Shown: positions 23,761 through 35,185 of the stretch, in pieces
Layout: every line of letters starts with the position of its first letter
Numbering within the stretch: the stretch's first letter is position 1
Origin: Phoronis australis
Taxonomy: Eukaryota > Animalia > Phoronida
Direction: 5' to 3'
Assembly (NCBI GenBank): GCA_002633005.1
Contig: NMRA01000424.1
Location: 202,777-263,782, forward strand
Length of the DNA: 61,006 nucleotides
Notes under the pieces: generated by a model
What the model was told of the DNA's origin: nothing
The model's input: the letters and a program-made list of their open reading frames with translations, nothing else
Database searches by the model: none
Made by a program: the position numbers and the translations under genes

Positions 23761-25188
23761 CTAATGAATTGGGGTAACGAATTTTACAATTCGTCAAACA
23801 ACAGTATCCTTGAGAGGATCTTTATCGCCTTATTTAGCTTCACATTTAATTTCTACCTTACAGCTTAGTGATCACACAACGTTTCTCCTCTGAAGATGAA
23901 TGGTATTGCTGTTGAAACCTTTTGAGGGCCAGTACAGTTACAAAACATTTCGGAAGCTGACATCAAGTTTTCCGCATCCAGTACCGACAAAGATACTGCA
24001 GAGAGAGGTCTAAGGTACTGATGCAACCAGACAACGATACCGAAATGTTGCTCTGCATACCCATGAAATTCCACTCAGAAAAGCAAAAACGCGAGGCACA
24101 CAACAATGTACTGATTCAAGTGACATAGTCACAGTAGTAACATACCTACCAGCGCTCTGAATATGAAAAGACTGCTCCAGCAGGATTGTACATGTATTTT
24201 AACAATGCATTTTTGTGGTTCTAATTGCATCTCTCTTTGTGCAAGTGTTATCGGTGTACTTTGCAACATGTCGATTGAATTTAGTGCTTAACATTCGCTA
24301 AGTCAATTGGATATCATGTTGGTTGTGATGTTCATAAATCAGGAAAATAAAACAATAAAATTAAAAATACATGTATACCATTATGCTGTACAACAGTATA
24401 AGGACAATTGCTACACAAATTTAGAAACAAGTCACAGGAAATTGCTTCCTTGGGCAAATGATATAATATGCGTCTATTTAACTGCTATCTGACTATAAAG
24501 GACCTAGTTTATCATATAAACCCATAGCGCCTTTTTGTTCGTATACCTCTGCGTTCAAAGCTTCCGTGTGAGGAAACCACAAATATGGGCACTGGTATCT
24601 TTACGACAAATTGTTCTTACAAATTTGCTAATCGCATGTTCATCGAAAGCGTAGGATGTCTCTGACAATCTTGATTTGTCACACACATTCTCATCAACTC
24701 TTTTATCATCTTTTACCTTGGATAATATAATCTGCAAACGGAAAGTTAGCAATATTTGAAGTGTGTGAGGGGTATCCAGAGGCACACTGATAGGACGTTT
24801 AGTGGTGATGTATCGGCAATACGATTTACGCTCACTTGCAGGAATAGAAATGCACAGACCATGTGACATTCTCAAAACCTCTACAGGTTTGGAATTTTTT
24901 CGACCGATTGAAGCGCGGGAGCAGTTTAGCAATTGACAAAAATTGTGCGTTTGGATAAATCGGTGCTGTTAAACTCATTGTTTGCTGCTCTGGAGTTAAG
25001 AAAAGTTACCATTATCTGGAGTCCAAAGCCAGGTATTAACATCAAAAACTACAATATTACATAAATGTGGCATAATTATTCTCTTTAAGTTACCGGATTT
25101 TAATTTTTATCTGACTGTCCAAAACACCGTAACGATGTCTCACTAAACAAACACTTAAACACTTAGCAGTCACAAGTTTTTAACGCAA

Positions 25189-25289
25189 CAGCCGGATGTA
25201 ATGTGCCCACATTTGAGAACCATTTTGATGCTCATTATTGATTAGAGAAAACTGGTTTTGAAAATGCGGCTCTTTATTATATCTGACTA
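25189..25289. mobile_element. ~100-bp palindromic MITE, copy 3
   Basis: Same TIR and core as the copies at 9788 and 13161. Confidence 0.65.
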
Positions 25290-25429
25290 TAACCATATTT
25301 AGCACCAAGACATTTTGAAAACACACAATGGGATCAAAATGTAAAATGTCTTAATGGATCTGCATAACTTAACAGATCATTCCTAAACAAAGCGCTACAG
25401 TAAAGCCAATGAATTACATTGTTAAGACT

Positions 25430-27718
25430 TCGTCTAATCAGTCTCTGGTCTGGCTAGCCATGAGCGTAACCGGAGACAGACCGGAGAGCGAGGCGTGAGT
25501 CGACCGTGACAACTGGCTTGAGCGTAAGCGTGACTGTGCCCGGAGCTTACCTTGAGTAAGGCGTGAACGAAGTGCGAGCGGACCGTGAGCCAGCCGTGAG
25601 TCAGTCGCGAGCCATGCAAGAGTTTCTTTTCTTCTCTACAGTCGGTACAATCGTAATTGCTATTCTAACTCGTTTAGCGCTACTAGAAAAAAGTTCTGTG
25701 TCACATTTCAAAAAATATTTCTCAATGCTATAATTATCTAGTAAACAACTGTAAGAACTTTGACAACATTGGTAGGAAATTATCTACTGCGTTTGCAATA
25801 TATATGTTACTGGTCAGTTATCTCAAGCTAACTATTCTGTATAACCCTTTCGACATATAGTTTACTTTATAATTCATTAAAACGTTTGGATGCACCACTT
25901 ACTCAACACGAGTCCAAAGTATCAAGACGCTGCAAGTGAGTAAAAACATAATTAATGCATAAATGCATCATGAATAGGTAATGAATAGCATGAAATAATT
26001 TACATTGGTGAACTAACTTGACAGTTGTTCTTGTTACGTTAGATATTAAATGTTTAATGTGTGTTATTTCTCATTTATGTTCACACTAGTAGGCTTAGGT
26101 GGTTTATTTGTTAACCGAACTCCGCACCAGAGAGGCACAAGTGCCGAAGTAAGTAGATTTATTTTAACGTAGATTTCTGACTGAACTTGAGAGCTCGCTA
26201 TATAGTTGTCTATACAGCTTGTCATTAAATTTTATTGATTTCCCAATGCCGCTTGTTATCATTGTATTTAAATTATGCTCGTATGTGTCTATTTTTTGGT
26301 TTTGGAGGCTAAGTGTTTCTTCATGAAATCACTTAAAGCTCGAGAGAAATTGTTGTAATTTGTGTTAATGCCGATACCCTTATTGAGTTGGTCATTGATT
26401 AAGTTAAGTTCTTGTTTGAAATCATGCATTGACCGTTCATTCAATGGATTACGAGTCTTATTTCGTGTGGGTACTCGAGCTCCAGGGTTTGTTTTGGTGT
26501 CAATTATATTGAAGGTAGGGCAGTGGTCAGATACATGTAGAGGCGATAATAGAATTCCGGCCTGAGACTGTAAAATTTAATATAAACATGGTCAATAAGT
26601 GTAGCAGAATGATCAGTAAATTTAGTGGAAAAAGTAATTTTAGGAAGGTGGTGGCGGGCTATCATTACATTAAAAAATTCATAAAGTTTCATTTTGGGGT
26701 TTAAGCTTTAAGATCGATGTTGAAGTCCACTCACATTATTATTTCTTTGTTACATGAAGACAGATTGGTTAGTTCAAGGGTATATTCCTAGCGCCTGACT
26801 TAACTTCTCACTTGTATATATTTGCTTTTGAAATAAACACATAAACAATGTAGACACACATGTGCATGAGGAAAGATTTCAGTTGTCTTCACGATAAGCC
26901 AGAGCATAGCAATTGAATTCTGCGCGCATTTATCCCAAATGTTGGCGTTTTGCGGAGAAATTGAGTATGACTTGACGAGTCAGACATATGGGCTACGTGG
27001 GCCGGAAGTATTAAGGGGATGGGGCTACAAATTGACCCGCACTAGGCGTTCGGGACTTATTGGGCGCTCGCAGCATCCGAGCTTACTAAAATATTATGTT
27101 CCACGAGTGCTGTAAAAAATCCACATAGTGACAATACATGTGTACGCGAGTCAAGATGTGTGAGGTATTTTTAGGGCGAAATAATTAGATCCATCTCTTA
27201 TGAGTTTCGTGAGGTATGCAGCCGTGTAAACTGAGAACTAGTGTAGAGGGTCACGTTTGTTCGCCTTTTCCATAAGCCATTGAAGTGGTCTAAATCTTTA
27301 CTAACCACGGTTAAGTCGCTGATGTTACATGGTTTGCAGAAATAAATTGGACAGCATTAATGTAACGCCGGTCGTGTTAAGGCAGTTCGTCTGTATAACG
27401 AGTAGGAGAAAATGCGTAGTTAGTTGCAACTCAGTGGTATAAAATGCCAAAACAACGGGTTACTTAACAAGCAACGTCACCTTTACACTCAAACCTAGAT
27501 GACATTTTTATTACAGCCCCGCGCACCATCACAGTACTGTATGTTACCACAGCCACCGAAGGCGTGAGCAAAGCGTGAGAAAAGGGTGAGGCAAGTGTGA
27601 GAGCTACCTGGAGAATAGGCGTGAGAAGACCGTGATTGATTTCTCTCACGCCTGCGTTCCAGTTACGCTCCGGACTGGCCAGGCGTGAGGCACACCAGAC
27701 CGACTTGATAATGTAGTG
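25430..27718. mobile_element. Non-autonomous CACTA/EnSpm-like element with CGTGAG subterminal repeats
   Basis: Right end reads CACTACATTATCAAGTC on the minus strand; left end degraded; gagcgtaac.gga shared in inverted orientation; CGTGAG clusters at 25460-25615 and 27560-27690. Confidence 0.55.
26200..26760 (-). mobile_element. CR1/L2-type LINE endonuclease fragment (nested)
   Basis: DFNIDL...LPKITFSTKFTDHSATLIDHVYIK...SDHCP APE motifs, frameshifted. Confidence 0.8.
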
Positions 27719-28534
27719 AATGTCAATGTTCACTCTATTACCACATACTCTTAGATAATCTAAGATAAGGAGGCAGGGAAATGTTCGATTGTGGCATGAA
27801 TTTGTCTCTTAATTCAAACCGTCATAAATTGTGCCCATTTTTATTTTATTATGGAAGTATCCCGCTTGCGTAGAACTGGCAAGCGAGGATGGTTCAGGTA
27901 AAGCAATTTACCACTTCTGCTGCCCAGGCAGAGGGATGCCAAGTCTTGTTAGAAAGACGGAACTTTGGAAATCACAGAAAAAAACACTGATCTGGTACTG
28001 TACAAATAAAAGTTCATTCCATGGAAAGCGTGGACATTTTCAATAAAAAAATTCCGTCAAGGTCCTTCCATCCAGATGGCACATTCATGTGCAAGCAATC
28101 AATTACATGTAAATGGATATTTGTGGTGTACATATCTTTTGTCTATTTTAGTACTTAGTACTTAATATGCAACTGAAAGAAAAAATGCATGTCAAGTTGT
28201 CAATAGGAATTGCCTTTAGGTACAAACAAGTCGAGCTACATTCTTTAAACATGCATCGTCTGATTAATTTGGGAATATGCAACCGAAATACTAAATTCAA
28301 AAACAACCCGGGTCCTCCCATATACTGGAAATCGTTTGAGTAAAAGTTACCGTTATCCCAATGAAACTAGGCAATGTTTTGAATATTTTTATTTGTTTCA
28401 CAAGCTTTAAAATTAGCTTATCCTTAAATAAAGACATGTTCATCCGACGTTTCAGTTTATTACTTTAAACCATTCTCAAAGCAACAATTCGTATACTCAA
28501 ACAGGCGAAACAGATGGAAAACAAACTGTAAACA

Positions 28535-28915
28535 TGTATTGTGAGAGCCACGGGATTGTATAATTGAGAAGTATGTACTTAACTGTAAAGAAATTAACAG
28601 ATAAACAGTTGGAGTTATTGTTGAGTTAAACTGAATAGAATCAGCAGTTGCAGCGATAGTCAATAGAGAGCCAGCTATAGAGACGACAGATTATTGAATC
28701 AATAGTGTAACAGTTGCTGGAAGTTTCTCAACAGTTCATCACAAGTCAAGGCTTCGCAGCACGGGTTGGAGCGTAGAACAGACACTACGTCTGACGTTTT
28801 GCTTAATTAGGCTTGTGAACGTACGGCGAGATTAATAAAGTTATTAACTCGAACTGAGTCTTCAGTCTATCGTCGCACCGAAAGCTAGTAGCACTACTTG
28901 GCATCAACCAGCTAA
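28535..28915 (+). mobile_element. Probable LTR remnant with PBS-like TGGCATCA
   Basis: TGT start, AATAAA near 28835, then gcactact|tggcatcaacc; no TSD found. Confidence 0.35.
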
Positions 28916-29117
28916 AACAAGAGTGGAGTACAGTGAAAAATCAATCATTATCACACAACATTTAAAAATATTAAAAGTTCTACTAACATTTAATTAACAG
29001 CGATTATGCCAGAAAATCAAATGCACCTCCTAATAATACACTAGTTCTGTATACATTTCAAAAATCAGTTCATCAAATGTCATAAACACAATGCAGTGAA
29101 ACTAAATTGGGCTAATA

Positions 29118-29147
29118 ATATATATATATATACATATACATATACAT

Positions 29148-29190
<43 letters not shown>

Positions 29191-29195
29191 CATAT

Positions 29196-29226
<31 letters not shown>
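29118..29226. repeat. (TA)n/(TACATA)n microsatellite
   Basis: Directly visible. Confidence 0.98.
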
Positions 29227-29228
<2 letters not shown>

Positions 29229-29230
<2 letters not shown>

Positions 29231-29386
29231 TTATTACATGGCAGAGTGGTTATCCCCCGATATCTAGAGCTCGAGTGGATTTTGGAGAGTAATCGCCCGA
29301 TGGGCGTTTGCACCGAGGGTGATAATTCTAAAACATCCACGAGGGCTGTATATAAAGGGGATAACGACTGAGAACACGTAATAATC
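29229..29386. repeat. ~160-bp imperfect hairpin abutting the TA microsatellite
   Basis: Paired segments gattattac/gtaataatc, gttatcccc/ggggataac, gtggat/atccac, atcgccc/gggtgat. Confidence 0.8.
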
Positions 29387-30968
29387 TATTTATACCATAT
29401 ACTGAATATTGCAAGCAATCGATCTACCTTTCTCGGCTCGCCTCGGCTTTGTAACTACTCTCTATGTCAGGGGCCAGGGGTCGGAGGTCGTGACCTTATA
29501 AGAAAAGCGAGCTATTTTTGTCAAATAATGCTTTTACTCAAAACCAACTGACAAATAAAACAAAATAGACATAAAGTGAATTTCTAATAGTTTAGCAACT
29601 ATTATAGCATACTACACATTTTATCACGCTAAGCTTCGACCGGGAAATATCGTCTGATGAATTAGGTTACCATTAGTAACTGACTATAATGTAAGACAAG
29701 AGCATAAAATAAAACAACAGGTAACTAAAACTTTATGGACAATGGTCACAAATGTGATTTTGGGAAGTACAATTCTTAGGCTAGAAATAGTGCCTAGAAT
29801 TACCTATCATGGTTTTCAACTGTTTAAATATCAATTTAAATGTCAAAGTTCCGTCCTTATATAACGATCGTTAAAGCCACACTTTGCAATAAAGACACCA
29901 AAAATTAACAACACATGGGTAAAAGCTATCAGTATAAGATAAGTTGACTTGCTGGATTATTACTGCGCTGTTTATACAATACTGATTTGTCAAACTCGCA
30001 AGCACTTTATATACATAGCCTAGACAATAGTATTGGAACTCAGAAATCAACCATTAACTCTCCTGGGTTTAAGCACACGTGTGCAAATTCACTCCAAGCA
30101 TGCACTACAGTGGGTCAGTTTTGCAGTTGCTTTGAATGGATGTTCAATCCTGGATTCTCAACTAAGACATTCAAAACAAATATATTCTACGCAACTTGAG
30201 TACTTAAAATTCCCACGGTAACAAATCTTAATGTGTTTATAAAAGTTGGACTTCAGGCAAATCTGGAATAGTATTTTGTAACTTTTTATTTCCAATTCTA
30301 TGAAAATATAAGGAATATAATGATCAGATGATGAAACTGTTGACAACTGCATTAAACTGCAATTGCCATTATTTTCATGAATTTTTGTTTCTTTACGTGG
30401 TTAGTCTGATAAGGTAATGCATAACTCTACACAATCACTAGCGAGAGCCGTATTCTAACGAGCAGTCTAGAGCATAGCCCTGAAATATCTCCCTTCTAAT
30501 GTTCGGTGGACATTCAACAGGAACAACACGGATTAGGACTAAAAGTTCAAACGTACATGCCCACTTTCGCGTAAATTTTGAAACTCATAGCATAACCAAA
30601 AAGTTTTACATTGGCTTGAAAAAATTGCTGCAAGAATCTATGGGCTCCTAGAGCTTATAAGCGAATTGAGTAAACCAACGATATTTTTCATATTGTTTCA
30701 AATACAAATCTTGATAGCGGCACTATTTTAACTAAACAATGAAATATATGAAGCTCTACCTGCCAAGTGGGTGTAGACAGCCTAACACCACAACTTTGGT
30801 GATTATTTCGATGCGTATGTTTGTATCTCTTGTTTTTCCAAGTACTCAGTCAAGTAAACAGAGACCTGGAAAAACAGATAATAGTTTAACGACAGTATGT
30901 TATAGCTTTTTAAGAACCCAGATATAACCGATTTAAAGGACATTTTATCTATGTATCCATGTAAAGAT

Positions 30969-31128
30969 GAGGGGAGGTTCGAGGATTTTGTGTTATGGGT
31001 CTAGGCATCAGTATCAGCCAGAAATGTGCCCATCAGATATTTGCACCTCCCAACTGCCAAATGGAGTCTGGGAGATTTTTAGAGGTGGAGGGCATGGCCC
31101 ACTTGGCCACATTCTGAATCCGTCAGTG
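30969..31128 (+). mobile_element. ~165-bp MITE family, copy 3, 5-bp TSD
   Basis: Same core; AAGAT duplicated at 30964-30968 and 31129-31133. Confidence 0.75.
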
Positions 31129-31199
31129 AAGATACTTGTACGAGGGGTCTTGCGTAACCATAACAATTTAACGTAATTCAATTATCTCCTCTGCAGTAA

Positions 31200-31680
31200 A
31201 AATAAAAAAAAACATTCTTACCAATCACTTTACTGACTAACATTTGAAAAGATATTAGTTGGGGCTCCAAGCAAGTTTCTTTAGAGAAGAGGAACATGCC
31301 CCTCCTGGCATGGGGCGATTATTCCAGTCAGACAGTATTCGACTTGCACCTAAGTCAAGCGGCACCCAGATTAGCTACATGTATTGATAGGTTTCACATT
31401 GCGTATTGTCGGGAAGGTCATTAGTGTAAAGAGGGAACAGTTATTGGACCAAGAACACTGCCGTTGGGTACACTTGCATCCACGTAACCCGGAAATAGCG
31501 TCATTGAATATACATGCACACCATCAATTCGCACTTTGTAGATGCGATTACGTAGATGAGATTCCAATAAACTTGGATGAGCACCAGATATTCCAAACGT
31601 TCTTAATTTGTGAAAGAGTAGGTCATATATGACCATGTCGAAGGCAGAGAGTAAGTGGAGAAAAACAGTCCCGACATTAT
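31200..31680 (-). mobile_element. CR1/L2-type reverse transcriptase fragment
   Basis: LSAFDMV.YDLLFHKLRTFGISG...LESHLRNR...VPNGSVLGP, matching the RT motifs AFD and GVPQGSVLGP. Confidence 0.85.
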
Positions 31681-33267
31681 TTCTTCTCGTACTTGTTGGC
31701 TAGAAACGAAAGTTTCTTACATATTATGAGAAAACGGTTCCCTAAAAACATTTTCAATGTGAGTTTAGCTCTGTACGTACCTTGAAGACGTACACACAAT
31801 TTTTGTTTAAATAATAATTGTTTGGAAAGTTTGGACTCTTTATGGTCACAGAAGGGTTAGCAACATTCAAACTGTAGACGCCTCTGTAATCTGTTAAAAC
31901 AAAGAAGATCAAATATCAATTACTAAAATAACATGTACATCAGTGGGGTCATACATGTGGACCACCTGCAGCAACATCGACAATGTCGTGTAAAGCTCGA
32001 GGTCTTGCAATCGCCTCTTTAATTTTTTTTGCTATGGATTTAACTGTCGTTAAAACCTTTCGCCAGTCCGCCGTTTTTCAACCAAATTGCATAACAGCCA
32101 TATTATTAGATACCACTCTATCAGTTCTTGGTGACTATACCACGAACGAACGATAAATATTGTTTTTCTTCATCATCATTTAGCATAGCCGACAGACTTA
32201 AACATATGTTAAATTCTTCAAACCAAAAATGTTACCAATAAACGAACAATTACATCGTGTGATATAAAAATAGAAATGAACCTGAGCTGTTGTGTAAATG
32301 GCTAGTTAAACTAGTAGGGAAAAAATTTCAAGGATTGTACCGTACGACAACGGTTTAGAAATTGTATCCCTCACACTTGCTGTGGATAATTTCGCCTCGC
32401 ATTTATCCAAAACTATACACTGTACATCATGATATGTTAAACTTGTTTGGAGTTTTAGTGCCCGTTGATATAATTACATTATTCACAGTAGTGAATGTTT
32501 TCGAAAATTTCGATAAACTACTCCGACAGTTTATCCGAACTCTACAAATAATGGTTTTCTGATAGATGGTAATCAAGTATCTTTGACATGTACTGTGTAT
32601 ATTTAATGGCATTGGTTACAGGGCAGAACTTTCCATAACATTAAGTGAGAATTACTGTTATCGACACAAAAGAAAAATTTGTGATCCCGAAAAATGTGGT
32701 GTACGTTACATTAATCTAGAGACATCGGAAAACATATTTTGACTGTTGTGTTACTAAGCAAAGTGGACTCTACTAATAAACAATAAATGGGACAATTTCA
32801 TTTTTAACACCTCTTGCGTAGTTGTCATTGTCAACAGTCAAAAATGAAAAAAAAACGGACAACTGGATAGAAAAGCGATACTTCAAGATAGAAAGCGGGA
32901 CATCTGGGTCTAAGTCTGACAGTCGTATCAACAGAGTTTTTCGTGAACTTCGTGCTTTTTTACTTGTTTGTGATATTGTAGGTGCCGCAAAAAACATGAC
33001 ATCTCCCGCTGTTTTGGATGAACAGGAATAATTGGCAGCTTGCGTGGAAATTACAGTAGTATATGCCAATATGTCATTTTGGCCGTGCTTCAAAATGTGA
33101 GACATTTAGATAGTGCGGCTGGATGGCGGAAAATCAAAAAGGGAGACAGCCTGCCATGAGCGGGTCAGTTATCAAATGCATCCTATAATGTCAGAAACAC
33201 GATGTATTGGATTGTTTATTGTACATGTATGGATTTTTTTTTCGTTTGTTAAAATCTTATTTCACGG

Positions 33268-34163
33268 TGTCAGACAATTGACTGTGGGTTTTTTTAAAAG
33301 GTAGCTATGGTAATAGATTGTGCGTAGATGGACAGTGAATAATCAAATCCATTAATTAATTCATTATATTATAACCCCTAATTAGACAAATGAAACTTAT
33401 TGTTAATTAAGTTATCAACTACAAAGAGTAACTACGCTGGCGCCCTCTTTAAAGATTACTTTAATCAATCAACCTAAATATGCAAATGTCTTATCTGCTA
33501 TCCAAGCTAGGACTCTCCACTTGTTGGATGTCTGTCCTGTTGGTGAATCTTCGAACTACGCACACACTGTATAGCGACAGTGTATTTGCTGGTCACCGAC
33601 TCTGGTGATGTAACACCTGCAGGCAGTTTCTTCTACCCGCGATTCTTCTTGCTGGTCACAGTCTCAGGCTGAATATGCAACACTTCAGGTAGTACCTTGC
33701 TACCCACAATGCAAGTGACAAGCGCTTAGTCAACTTCCTGTTCGTTAAACCTTGCCCTTGCCAAGATCCTGTCTAGAATCCACGAGATGACTCTGCCGTA
33801 CAATTGCTTCTGTACACTGTAGCAAGCCTTTATGTTTCAACTATTAGAGCGCATCTAATTATCTTGTTGATTTCAGCCCATAATATAACATTCTACTTAT
33901 TTAGTGATTTGCTAATAAAAACCACATGTTCATATCTTATCATATTATTGGCTGTTATAATTTGTTCTCAGAATTTTCAAGAATCTCTAGAGTACTTTGA
34001 ACCCAGAACCCAAAGTTGTAAACACCAATTAAAAATAGATTTTGACGTTAAAGTAAATGTCAACAAGTCTGTCCCCATGATTTAAAAGTACATATGCACA
34101 GATTTTGGAAAAATTAAAAGGGATCTATTCTTACTAAATACTTAATCAATATTTATTATGACA
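33268..34163 (-). mobile_element. Solo LTR (896 bp), copy 1
   Basis: TGTCA...TGACA termini; CACGG TSD on both sides; full-length inverted homolog at 54994-55899. Confidence 0.92.
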
Positions 34164-34663
34164 CACGGTTATAGGTGGATACTGGAGATAAGAGTATGCC
34201 AGCATATTCTTCTCATAAATCGAATTATTAAAACATTGCATTCAGGTAACATCGCACAAACGAATTATTAGAGTAACAATCTGAAACGGTAATAATGCAC
34301 AGCACTCGCACACTCACAAATACATTTAGTTCAGCAATTATAAGTAATGTATCGAAAGATATGTAAACACACCGGTTTTTGGTCCTGTACTTTCCAGGTA
34401 AACCAAATAAAACCTCTTTCGTAAGATATTGCTGATTTTAAAAATCAAGAATATCTTAAACAGTACACACCATGGATTTTTGCACATTTTGAATTACCGG
34501 TGGCCACAGACTAAATGAATGACGTAAAATTTAGCTAAACCCATGTTTAATTTGTGTAATTAATTCGAAATTTTGATTTTTCTTTCATTTTTGCCAATTT
34601 TCACATTTCCCGCCATTTGACGACATGGGTTGAACACAAGAGATCAGTGACTAACATTGAACA

Positions 34664-34932
34664 ATGGCGGACAGCAGTGAATTTGAAAGCGACGACGATT
34701 ATGAGCAAGAATTGAATGAATACTATGAAGAAACGTACGGGAATGTTGGCCACGACTGATGAGGAAATGGGGTTGCACGAAAGCGAGATGTTTGATGTGC
34801 TTCCGGCTGCGTACTTTTCTACTTTGAGCCTTACGAACTGGATCCTCCCGCGAGAGAAGCGGCCTCGGGCTCGGCGAGTCAACCCAGTCATCCAACAGAC
34901 GATCCTGAATTAAGAGCCCATGTTTCTGAATG
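34664..34932 (+). pseudogene. Putative KolX (P2X7-ballast-like) N-terminal remnant
   Basis: aacaATGGCGG start; MADSSEFESDDDYEQE... then YFEP...ELRAHVSE. It is truncated before the Cys-rich domain, so identity is inferred from context. Confidence 0.5.
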
Positions 34933-34989
34933 ATAAATATTGTCCTTTATTGAACCAGGCCTTCATCGTAACATCTCCTGTGACTGGAG

Positions 34990-35185
34990 TCGAAACACGA
35001 GTCCTCAAAGTGGGCAAAACACAGAGTGGCCCCGGACAGAATCGCTTGGTCCACGATGAGTTCCCACACTTTCGTTCGACGCACGAAGCAATGCCACTTC
35101 TACGCAACTTTGGTGTCCTTCGGAACACCGAGACGTTCTCCGCCTGGCTGCTGTTGCTGCAGCCTCCGGCAACACATCTTTTGAA
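34990..35185 (-). pseudogene. THAP zinc-finger domain remnant (transposase N-terminus)
   Basis: KRCVAGGCSNS...NVSVF / PKDTKVA*KWHCFVRRTKVW / LC.AHFEDSCF: C2CH, W and HF motifs, broken by frameshifts and a stop. Confidence 0.8.

Noticed and set aside
29080-29340. 86-aa YIYI-rich ORF
   Set aside because: Translation of the TA microsatellite.
32773-33105. 110-aa minus-strand ORF as a gene
   Set aside because: No recognisable domain or supporting splice chain.
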